Shown: positions 29,314 through 38,882 of the stretch, piece by piece | How positions within the stretch are numbered: position 1 is the first letter of the stretch | Layout: every line of letters begins with the position of its first letter | IMG/VR virus record: IMGVR_UViG_3300035698_035366 | Location: 186,001 to 250,000 of that record | Direction: 5' to 3' (one strand) | DNA length: 64,000 nt | The notes under the pieces: model-generated | The model's input: only the letters and a program-made list of their open reading frames with translations | Database searches by the model: none | Told to the model about the DNA's origin: nothing | Made by a program: the position numbers and the translations under genes

Positions 29314-29586
29314 ATGATGGCAATACAAAGAAATCCAAATAATCCGAAATTAGCAGTGAATAGAACACAACCACCAACGCCAAATGAAACACGTTCAGCA
29401 ATCAATACCGCAAACCAATGCGCAATTGAAGTTGATGAATTATGGAAAGTTGTGAAAGAGCTTAAATTTCAGATATCAAAGCTGGAAGAGGCCGCACAGC
29501 CAGTTGCTACTCCTACAAAGAAGCGGAAACCAACGAAAGAATCGTCGGAAGAAACATTAGTGTTAAAAGATTCCGACGAAGTTTAA
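29314..29586 (+). CDS. Hypothetical protein
   Basis: AGGAG SD, promoter upstream. Confidence 0.6.
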   Translation: MMAIQRNPNNPKLAVNRTQPPTPNETRSAINTANQCAIEVDELWKVVKELKFQISKLEEAAQPVATPTKKRKPTKESSEETLVLKDSDEV

Positions 29587-29613
29587 TTATAAACCATTAA
29601 AGGGAATAACAAA

Positions 29614-29862
29614 ATGGGTAAAAACAACCATTCAGGTGAGTGGGAAGGCCTTCGCGGCTTAAAGGTTAATGTCCGCGATAATAACATTGATCAAGCAATC
29701 CGTAGGTTGAAGAAGATGGTCATCCAAGAAGGATTAATCCGCGAGCTCAAAGAGCGTGAATTTTTTACACGGCCCGGTGAGAAACGGCGACTGAAGAATC
29801 AGGAAGCCCGTCGCAGGACCCAACGTAACACCCGTAAACAAAACGAAGAATGGGATATTTGA
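29614..29862 (+). CDS. rpsU: Ribosomal protein bS21
   Basis: VRDNNIDQAIRRLKK...EGLIRELKEREFF.RP.EKR. Confidence 0.92.
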   Translation: MGKNNHSGEWEGLRGLKVNVRDNNIDQAIRRLKKMVIQEGLIRELKEREFFTRPGEKRRLKNQEARRRTQRNTRKQNEEWDI

Positions 29863-30245
29863 CATCAAAACCGCCAAGCCGGGAACTCGATAGTCAGATT
29901 GCTACCGAGATCTTTGGCTTGGCTATATCTTGTGATGCTACGACTGGTATTTGGACATCTTGGCACCCCAAGGTTCCAACAAAAAGATATCATATGCCAC
30001 ATTACTCAACCAATCTGGATCATTCTTCAGGGGTGGTTCATTGGTTACAGGATCGCAAATTTTTCCTAGACTCGGGATCCTTTGTGCGGAATGATAATGA
30101 AATGGTTTGGCGAGCAAGATTTTTTAGAAACCCTGATCACAAACCGGATCATGTCGAGGGTTTGTCATTATCGCATGTGATTTGTTTAGCGGCAATTGAT
30201 TGTTTGGATAGATATCCTGATGATTTTCACACACTTCCTTATTAA
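29850..30245 (+). CDS. Phage ABA-sandwich-like protein
   Basis: RELD..IA..IFG...PHYST...ICLAA. Confidence 0.55.
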   Translation: MGYLTSKPPSRELDSQIATEIFGLAISCDATTGIWTSWHPKVPTKRYHMPHYSTNLDHSSGVVHWLQDRKFFLDSGSFVRNDNEMVWRARFFRNPDHKPDHVEGLSLSHVICLAAIDCLDRYPDDFHTLPY

Positions 30246-30257
30246 ATAGGTTTTGTT

Positions 30258-30509
30258 ATGGCACATTGGAATCACCGTGTTGTTGTTAAGGAATACAAAT
30301 CCAGTACGGGTGAAATTGAAAAATTTTATGGTATACATGAGGTATATTATGATGACAAGGGAAACCCTGACGGCGTAACTGAAGAAAGCGTTTCACCAGT
30401 TGGTGATTCACTAACCGACATTAAAAACAGTCTTGACCGGATGAAAAAAGCGTGTACGCTACCAGTCTTGAACTATGATACAGATTTTAAGAGCGGAGAT
30501 GATGCGTAA
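30258..30509 (+). CDS. Conserved phage hypothetical protein
   Basis: WNHRVV...IHEVYYD...PVL. Confidence 0.6.
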   Translation: MAHWNHRVVVKEYKSSTGEIEKFYGIHEVYYDDKGNPDGVTEESVSPVGDSLTDIKNSLDRMKKACTLPVLNYDTDFKSGDDA

Positions 30510-30769
30510 ATTTGATATAAAAGGCCCATTAACGGCCTTTCGAGCATACCGAATGATTTGTCGAGGTGAGCATGTTTTATTGACACATCGTAATAAACCA
30601 ATTATGGGTGTAGTTCCGGTTAACGATTTGAATATGCTTGAAAGTATGCAACAGGAACGCTTGAAAGATGTTGATGATGAATTTGATCTTGGAATTTTAG
30701 ATGAAAAGTGAAAAAAACTGAAAAAAGTCCTTGACAAATAGATACCAAATTACTAAATATAAAGTAAGC

Positions 30770-30855
30770 AATGCCTAATGGATTGCTTGCTTAACATATA
30801 GAGGCGCTGCATTGTGCAGGCTTCGCTAAAACTTGCTTATTAAAGGAGTTACACA
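30770..30855 (+). promoter_or_regulatory. ROSE-like RNA thermometer upstream of hsp20
   Basis: Serial hairpins; final CTTGCT can pair with the AAGGAG SD. Confidence 0.55.
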
Positions 30856-31308
30856 ATGAATATTCGAACAACAAACCTCCACGAAATCATGAACAGAGCA
30901 ACCCCACACCTAGTTGGTTTTGATAGTCTCATCCGTTTACTTGAAGATACTGGAACAGCTTTGAATGGTGGTGCGTATCCTCCATACAACATAGTACAAG
31001 ATTCCGAACATGCTTACCGTATTGAACTCGCGGTTGCTGGATTCAAGGAAGAGGAAATCAACATTACTGTTGAAAACCGCAAGCTTTTAATTGTTGGCCG
31101 CAAAGACGATTCCGAAGAGCGTAATTATCTACACCGCGGTATCTCCACTAGAGCATTTGAACGTTCCTTCGTTCTAGCGCAAGACGTAGAAATACGTGAT
31201 GCGAGTCTAGTTGACGGCATGCTTTTGATTGAGCTCGAACATATCGTACCCGAGGCATTACAGCCAAAGAAGATTGATATACGAGTTGCTTCTAAATCAA
31301 AGAAGTAA
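30856..31308 (+). CDS. Small heat-shock protein (IbpA/Hsp20)
   Basis: YPPYNI, IELAVAGF, YLHRGIS.RAF.RSF, DGML.I.L. Confidence 0.95.
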   Translation: MNIRTTNLHEIMNRATPHLVGFDSLIRLLEDTGTALNGGAYPPYNIVQDSEHAYRIELAVAGFKEEEINITVENRKLLIVGRKDDSEERNYLHRGISTRAFERSFVLAQDVEIRDASLVDGMLLIELEHIVPEALQPKKIDIRVASKSKK

Positions 31309-31332
31309 TTTAGATTAGATATTATATTTGGG

Positions 31333-31360
31333 ACGCGGGGAATCATTCCCCGCGTCTTTT
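31333..31360 (+). terminator. Intrinsic terminator
   Basis: GACGCGGGGAA-TCA-TTCCCCGCGTC followed by a T tract. Confidence 0.8.
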
Positions 31361-31452
31361 ATTGACTTTGAATAAAAATTCTATTAGTATAAAAAATATA
31401 TTAACTAAATAATGTGGTATTAAAATTATTCATATATAAAGGAAACAACGTA

Positions 31453-33398
31453 ATGGCACCATTTGAACATAAATATTTTCTATTATGGTTTCTTTTTGTT
31501 ACGTTTGTGTCATTTATGGCAATAACTGGGTTCTATCTAGGATTGCTTGGTCCAGTATTTGAAGGAGACCAAACATATATTTCACATAGCATAGGGATGA
31601 TATATATCATAACTGAGTTATATGTTGGATATAAAATATATCGTTTAAGCCAAGAGCTCAATCACGTAATCGAAACTGATAGAATATATGATGCAGCAAC
31701 CGTGATTGATATCAAAACTAAATCTAAAATATTAAATGATGTAATTGGTAATCTTGTTCGAAAGAAGAATGCTGATCCAAAACTGTTGTTAGAAAACACT
31801 GATGATCAAATTTCCGTTAATAACCAAGGACCATTCCTTTCAGAAATAATGATCCGTGCAGGCTTATTTGGTACAATCATCGGTCTTATTATTGCATTTT
31901 ATCCGTTCATCCAAGGACAGGTTGATGGATCAGGATCAGCGACATTAACAGCTGATCAAACTAAATTGATTATTGGTAGCTTGTTCCAGGGCGTAGCAAC
32001 CGCATTTTACACAACCGCGGTTGGCTTATTTTGTGGAACATTGATTACCATTTCCTCTAGATTCTACGAAATGTGCCAAAGCCAAATAATGAATAAAATG
32101 ACAGTATTGTTATTAGGACAAATTCACCAACCTCTTGAAATTATTAAACCGGCGGGTGGTAAATGAGAAGAACGCGATCTGAATTTCCACAACTACCAAC
32201 ATCTTTTTTAGATTTATTATTTGGGCTTATTATTGTTTTCGCAACCGTTTCGGTTTTAGCTTGGATATTAATCAATCCAATAGCCGAAAAGGGTAACATT
32301 ACTAAAAAAGCTGAATTCTTGCTTACGCTTTCATGGCCGGAAGGATCAATTGATATTGATACTTGGATATTGTTGCCAAATGGTCGTACTATCAGTTTCC
32401 GCTCCCCTGAACTTTCTCTTGTTAATATGGAACGAGATGATACTGGAAATTACAAGGATAGAATGGTAATTAACGATGAACTCGTCGCAGATAAAACTAA
32501 TATCGAATATACAACATTTAGAGCTATTGTACCAGGGGAATATATAATCAATGTTCATTTATATGGTGGTGGAGTATTCCATAGAGTCAACAGTATTGTC
32601 GACGCTATAGACCAAGAAAAAGAAAAATCCGATAAGTTTGATAACTTGCCATTAACAGGTAATTTTTTGGAACCATTACCGTTCCATGTAAAATTTGAAA
32701 AGTTGAATCCAAAAATAAAATTGATATTTGATACGGATGGTGAATTCAATCACTATAGAGAAGAAGTTCATGTTTTCAGGTTTACCCTCACACTTGACGG
32801 GGATATTACGGATTTACGTACCGATGAACCAGTAAAAATTGTTGATGATGTTATCAATGAACGAAATTAATAAGGAAACGAATAAATGGAAATTGGTTTA
32901 AACATTTTTACATTTTCATTAATGTATGTGTTTTTGATTATATTATTATTAGTTATGTGTATATATAGTCGAGCACCTTTTTGGATCAAAATAATACCAA
33001 TTTCATGTGCAATTTTCTTTTTGGTGGGTTCATATCTCACTATTAACGGTTTATTAGGTAGACCTACAACAAAACAATTACCAAACGAATTCAAGTTTAT
33101 TGAATATGTTGTTGAAGCACCAATTAAGGCTAAAAATGATCCAGGTAGAATTTTCGTATTTTTAAAAGATGGGAATGGTTATAGATTACACGAATTACCA
33201 TATTCTAGACCAATGCATAAAAAGTTAAAAGAACTAAAAAAGAAGAAAAAAGGTAGCCGTGGTCAACCTATTGATATTAAAAGAAAAGATAAACAAACAA
33301 AGAAATTATTGCCACATTTATTCAATACTGATGTATATGAACCAACCAAATGGCGAATTATGAATGATGTTGTAAATCCACCAGCAAAGGATGGTTGA
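31453..33398 (+). CDS. MotA/TolQ/ExbB-like gene (31453..32166), partner membrane protein (32163..32870) and third membrane protein (32886..33398)
   Basis: GLFGTIIGL...G.ATAFYTTAVGL; FLDLLF N-terminal TM. Confidence 0.7.
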
Positions 33399-33500
33399 AC
33401 TTAATAGTATAAGTTTGGGTGATAGAATTATTAATTGACATGTTATCTATTTTATGCTATAAATACACTGAATGCAAATGACATACCAGGAGTTGTTCTT

Positions 33501-33815
33501 ATGAGTGACGTAGAAGTAGTTGCCGATGTAGACATTATGACAAAGGTAAAGACTAAATCAAAACCGCCATCAATGTACAAGGTAATTTTCCATAATGACG
33601 ATTTTACCCCAATGGATTTTGTGATTAAAGTATTGATGACTATCTTTAGTAAGGATTTAGAAGAAGCTAATGCATTAATGCTCCGAATCCATGTGAAGGG
33701 AAAAGGCATCGCCGGCGTGTATAGTAAAGAAATTGCCGAAACAATGAAGAAAGAAACAATTGATGCCGCCCGCCTAAATGGCTATCCATTGAGAGTAACC
33801 ACTGAAGAAGATTAA
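33501..33815 (+). CDS. clpS: N-end-rule adaptor ClpS
   Basis: YKVIFHNDDFTPMDFV..VL...MLRIH..G.GIAGVY..EIAE...YPL. Confidence 0.95.
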   Translation: MSDVEVVADVDIMTKVKTKSKPPSMYKVIFHNDDFTPMDFVIKVLMTIFSKDLEEANALMLRIHVKGKGIAGVYSKEIAETMKKETIDAARLNGYPLRVTTEED

Positions 33816-33880
33816 GAACGAATTATATTGATTATATAGCGCCTCTTTTACTATAATTATAAGGTAAAGGAGGCGTAATC

Positions 33881-34153
33881 ATGACTACTGTAATACATAT
33901 TAATCGGAATGTCATTCAGCATAATAGCAAATACAATACAAATTTACCAATTTGTCGGGTGCAAATTGGAAATAAAGCCCGATATTGCCAGGAAGTTGAC
34001 ATACAAGGACCAAGCCGTATGGTATATCAACCCGATAAACCATTGAAATGTGGCGCTAAACTTTGGATAGAAACGAATTCACCGGTCGGGCTTATTGGTG
34101 AAATCTCATGGACCCGAATTAGTAAAGAAATGACAAAAAATAAATTGGGATAA
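33881..34153 (+). CDS. Conserved phage hypothetical protein
   Basis: IHINR...GPS...Y.PDKPL.CGA..WIET. Confidence 0.65.
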   Translation: MTTVIHINRNVIQHNSKYNTNLPICRVQIGNKARYCQEVDIQGPSRMVYQPDKPLKCGAKLWIETNSPVGLIGEISWTRISKEMTKNKLG

Positions 34154-34155
34154 TA

Positions 34156-35750
34156 ATGAAAATCTTTGAACATTCAAACACAGATAGAGAATATCCTCAT
34201 AATTTTGAATATGTTTTTACGATCTATGCAACCAATGACGAAGACCTGGAAAATGCCATAGAAACTATGCAGGACCCATTTGGCTATTGGTTGCAGGATA
34301 ACACTGAAGATAATTATATTTTCCTACGGCACGCTTCTAAAATTGTTGGGGGAGGATATGGTGGCAACTCAGAACAATCATATATTTTATGCAGAGATGA
34401 CCCATCTGATCTATCGCATGAAAATGTTTTTGATCATTTAGAAATAAGAATGTCAAAGCGAGATGCAGTAAAATTTAAATTGTGGTGGTGTTAATGGAAA
34501 TAATTGAATTACCAATCAACGACCGTACAGCGGGGATGTCATTTAATCAAGATGGAGAAGAGAAATACTTCTTTACAACTGATGTCGAAAAATATGATGA
34601 AATGATAGAATGGCTATTTGAATATACTGCGCACCGATTTACATTTTTAGGAACAAATAGAATTTATTTCGAAGACAAGAAGGATGCTGCAATTTTTAAG
34701 ATTGCTTGGCTATGACCATACTATTTGATGGATGTTATTTTATAGTGAATGCGGGGGTATCAGATTACCGATCTGATTGGTGTTCTGATAATATTGGAAT
34801 GTTCGATTGGAAAGTTGGGTCTAACCCAGTTGATGGTTGTTCATGTTATTTTTTTAAAAACGACGAAGATGCAATTTTATTTAAGTTATCATGTTTATAA
34901 TAATCCTTTTTGTTTTTGTTGTAGATTCATTAATCGGTAATTATATGATTGAGATTGGCTTACATTCTGAATCATTGGTTGTATCATTGATTATTGCAAC
35001 TATCCTAAGAGGTTGTTCCAATATATCAAATATATATGTAAACATGTTAAAGTTGTTTTTTAAGCACATAAATATTAAAGGTAACAGTAAAGAACACCAA
35101 AACTGGTGCCGAGATAATTTATCAATTTGTTGGTTTAAAATTGAAAACACATTTTATTTTTTAAGAAAACAGGACGCTGTACTATTCAAATTGGCACACA
35201 ATATTAATGAAGATTACACTTAAACAGTTATTGTCGCCTGATATATCAAGTGATTTCGTTGAAGCAATTGAAAGCGGTGAAGCATTTGATCTAGAAGGAA
35301 ATACGGCTTATATCATTAAGGGTGGATCAGAACTAAAAAATGAAATAGATGAGTGGTGTACTAATACATTAGAATATGAATGGGCTAGTATTGGCCCAGT
35401 ATCATATTCTATAACCGAAAAGAAAATATGCGGATGGACGTTTTTTAATGATAATGACGCACTTTTATTTAGATTGACGTGGGTATAATATGGCGATAGA
35501 TGAAAATTTGAAAGTAGATAATTGGTTTTCGTATTCCTTGTTCCTTGATTCATTTGTCCAAAAGGAATCAAATGGTATATATTTTCTTTCTCCTGAAATT
35601 ATGGAATGGTTATGTGAAACCGTTGAATATCCAATCGAAACTGAAGGCTTCGATGAAGAGGGGTTTTCTCTTGGGTTTGGATTGTATTTTGAAAAAAATG
35701 AAGATGCAACCCTATTTCGATTGACGTGGTGTAATGATAAAGATAAGTAA
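34156..35750 (+). CDS. Run of six FKL-family small ORFs
   Basis: Tails DAVKFKLW, DAAIFKIAW, DAILFKL, DAVLFKL, DALLFRLTW, DATLFRLTW. Confidence 0.7.
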
Positions 35751-36465
35751 AGAGCTTGAAGAATTATTAGTTCGAGACGATATATCTAATCAAATCTTCC
35801 ATGAACGATATATTTCCGTCAATCAATTGATAATCAATGGTGGGACACCGAATTCGGTGAGGATAGCTTATGCATTCGATGGATCATATGTGGGAACATT
35901 CAATGAGCACCTTATTATTGGTATAATTGATAAATTTCAAATTACTCCACAGCGTGCATTCCCTGAAGCAACCATATCTAAATTAGGCTGGAGTGATTTG
36001 ACAAATAAATGGTATGCATGGAATCGGGCTACATATAATAGCTTTACAATAGGTAGCCAAATTACAAAAAAAGATTTAGGATATATTCCAGATAATAAAG
36101 ATGAGTTTTTAATAGCCACGAAACGTTTTTGGGAGGATGCATGGGAGACTCCTAGAAGAAAGAAGGATGTCATTGCTATACATGATACAGAATTTGAAAA
36201 TGTATATGAAGACGAAGTCGAAGTTATGGATGAGAAAACTGGCTTAATGAAAATACACAGTGAAATTAAAAAAGGTGGGAAACTCCTTCATGGTGTCCGT
36301 GTTTCTTGGACCTATACACATGATGTTCCTAATGAAACATTAAGAGGTCAACCTGGAGGAAACTTTACCCCATATCCGAAGAATTGGGGAAGGGGAGAAT
36401 GGACCGCATTAACTATGGATGACGCTAAACAAATGGCTATGGATTTTGTAAGAAGTTTAAGTTAG
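35734..36465 (+). CDS. Hypothetical protein
   Basis: ORF track. Confidence 0.65.
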   Translation: MIKISKELEELLVRDDISNQIFHERYISVNQLIINGGTPNSVRIAYAFDGSYVGTFNEHLIIGIIDKFQITPQRAFPEATISKLGWSDLTNKWYAWNRATYNSFTIGSQITKKDLGYIPDNKDEFLIATKRFWEDAWETPRRKKDVIAIHDTEFENVYEDEVEVMDEKTGLMKIHSEIKKGGKLLHGVRVSWTYTHDVPNETLRGQPGGNFTPYPKNWGRGEWTALTMDDAKQMAMDFVRSLS

Positions 36466-36514
36466 ACTTTATTGACAAACCATATAAAAATGTTTATAAT
36501 CTAAAAGTTAAGTT

Positions 36515-36814
36515 AAATTGAGTTGTGGATTGTAGCGTGATAGTGTCAGAAAATCTATTGCTGGCGTCGAATACGGGAGTATAAACCCAAGTCTAGAGGA
36601 GTGTTATAAGAGTAAGTAACCCCACACAGGATGGTCAGGCGGGCGGAGGTGAGATTAGGAAATTGCTTCCCATTTAGAGGTAAGCGGTGAAAGCCCGCAA
36701 GCTGAAACCCGATAGCGGAACCGTAATACTATGCGTAAGTCCCAATGGTGGTTGTACTCTAGGCAAGTAGGTACTATGCGGGAGTGGAGACCCGCACAAT
36801 CTACAACTCAAATT
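36515..36814 (+). ncRNA. ~300-nt structured RNA of unknown class
   Basis: TTGACA-N17-TATAAT at 36472-36500; 16-bp terminal stem 36518-36533/36796-36811; GC-richer than flanks; no + strand ORF. Confidence 0.7.
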
Positions 36815-37099
36815 TAAATAAATAATAAGGAATAATAAGCAAAGTGGATCATCCAAATTTTTATCAAAACAGCTACACTGGATCACATATTGAAATCGTT
36901 ATGCAATTGTGTGATGAATTTGCATATGTAGTTGAAGTTAGGGGATCAGTATCAACCGCATATTTTAAGGAGAATGTAAAAAATCGTTTTTGTTTTGTTA
37001 CAAAGGAGCCTGGTATTTTATCCTTATTTTTTGATAATGGAATGGAAGCATTAAAAGCTGATAAATATTTTAATCCAGAAAAATACGAGGAAAATAAAA

Positions 37100-37363
37100 A
37101 TGAATAATATACCAACTGATCTATCCAATATCGATGATTATCCAAAGTATGATCCAAAACTTGGAGAACTGGACGAAACTATTGGAAAGGTTCTTGGTTA
37201 CGATATCATGGAAGAAGATATACTTGGTATGGCTCTTCGTAGTGGTTTTTCAGAAATGCGAATCATAGATGAAAATACAGTAGTTACCATGGACTATTCC
37301 GATAATAGAATTAATATACATATCGATAAACATAATGAAATCAACTCAGTCGGCATTGGGTAA
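37100..37363 (+). CDS. Peptidase inhibitor I78/I13-like protein
   Basis: RII.....VTMDY..NRINI..D....I..V..G. Confidence 0.75.
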   Translation: MNNIPTDLSNIDDYPKYDPKLGELDETIGKVLGYDIMEEDILGMALRSGFSEMRIIDENTVVTMDYSDNRINIHIDKHNEINSVGIG

Positions 37364-37390
37364 TGAAAAATAAGAAAGGAATAATAAATT

Positions 37391-37957
37391 ATGTCAAAAG
37401 CAACTGTGGCGGAAAGTTATACATTACCTGAGTTATCTCAGCATGGGGTCCATTTTCTGAATGAAGGAATAACTGACAAATCTTGCGGTCAAGCAATAAA
37501 TTATATTCTGCGTGCCAACATGGATCCAAGTTGTCCGTGGAAACATATCCAGTTAATTATTAATTCTGGGGGCGGATATGTTGATTCTGGTTTTGCTTTG
37601 ATTGATGTTATGGAAACAAGTAAAATACCAGTTAGAACTCTTGGGCTTGGTACCATTGCTTCAATGGGGTTATTAATTTGCATGGCAGGTGATAAAGGCA
37701 ACAGAGCAGTAACGCCAAAAACAATGATAATGAGCCACCAATTTGCCGGTGGTGCATTCGGTAAACAACACGAACTTGTTTCATCAGCGATACATCATGA
37801 TTGGGTAGGTGATACAATTTTAAAACATTATAAAAAGCATACTGGGTTAACTGAAAAAGTAATCAAAGAAAAATTGCTTCCTGAATCTGATACATGGTTG
37901 ACCGCAACCCAGGCAAAAAAATATAAATTAATAGACAGAATTGCCAATTCATATTAA
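37391..37957 (+). CDS. clpP: ClpP protease subunit
   Basis: INSGGG.V..G, IASMG (Ser), MSHQ (His), DTWL.A.QA..Y.LID. Confidence 0.9.
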   Translation: MSKATVAESYTLPELSQHGVHFLNEGITDKSCGQAINYILRANMDPSCPWKHIQLIINSGGGYVDSGFALIDVMETSKIPVRTLGLGTIASMGLLICMAGDKGNRAVTPKTMIMSHQFAGGAFGKQHELVSSAIHHDWVGDTILKHYKKHTGLTEKVIKEKLLPESDTWLTATQAKKYKLIDRIANSY

Positions 37958-38017
37958 CTATTTTAATATCAAATTCTACTAAACCTCCGGTAATAAATAA
38001 AATATCGGAGGTTTTTT

Positions 38018-38290
38018 ATGATTAATTTTAATAAATTCAATTTAAAAGAAATGAAGAAACGAGTAATAATACCATTATTCTTTCTTTATACGGCAATCTC
38101 CGTCTTGATTTATATTATCGTTGAAATTGCTACTTTTTGTTATCGTATTGTGCATGAAGATTACCAGCCAACATTGGTTGCTATAACCATTTGGTTATCA
38201 TGTTTTATAATTTTAGGATATCTTATAAGATATATTTATAAGTCTATTCGACACAAAGCATGGAATGCCGACAATACCAATAATAATTAG
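38018..38290 (+). CDS. Small two-TM membrane protein
   Basis: Two hydrophobic helices. Confidence 0.55.
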   Translation: MINFNKFNLKEMKKRVIIPLFFLYTAISVLIYIIVEIATFCYRIVHEDYQPTLVAITIWLSCFIILGYLIRYIYKSIRHKAWNADNTNNN

Positions 38291-38343
38291 GTAACCAGAT
38301 TTGCTAAATACTTTATATTATATTGAGAAAATGGGAGATTATC

Positions 38344-38824
38344 TTGGCTAGTACATATAAAAATATTGACAAACCTGGCAAAAGGGGGTGAAGGTTATTA
38401 TAAAGTTAACACTACACTAGACGATGCTCCAACTACGCGAGCAAGTGTTATTGATAAGAATAAATTAACACAGGGAAATCTGCATTTTCGTGGCCTTGAG
38501 GCAGGACCAGGTGTACGAATCGATGTTGTTGATGTAGATAATGATAGATTTATCACTGATGATAAGAAAATTGTTATCACGGCAACTGGTTCTGGGGGTG
38601 GATCAGGTGATCTATTAGTTGTTGATATACCAATCACCTCGAGCGGTCAAACAGTTTTTTCTTTACCAGCCCCAACATTAAGTGTTCATATTATTACAGT
38701 TAACGGTATTGAAGCCACCGATTTTCTATTAACATTAGCACCACCTACGTTATTTGTTAATGATACAACACTCGGATATATTCTAGAGCCGGATGATCAA
38801 CTGTTGGTATTTTACAAAGTATGA
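38344..38824 (+). CDS. Virion structural protein (probable 1-nt frameshift in the A5 run near the start)
   Basis: SD precedes TTG 38344; main frame 38366..38824. Confidence 0.6.
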
Positions 38825-38882
38825 TAAATAGTCAGATGTATATGATTAACGAAGAGTTAACTAAAATAAGGAAACTGTCCTA

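Noticed and set aside
26486-37957. Bacterial chromosome origin for the clpX/infC/rpsU/clpP genes
   Set aside because: Genes are scattered among phage-type ORFs, T4-like topo II, endonuclease VII and fibre genes, without bacterial operon context
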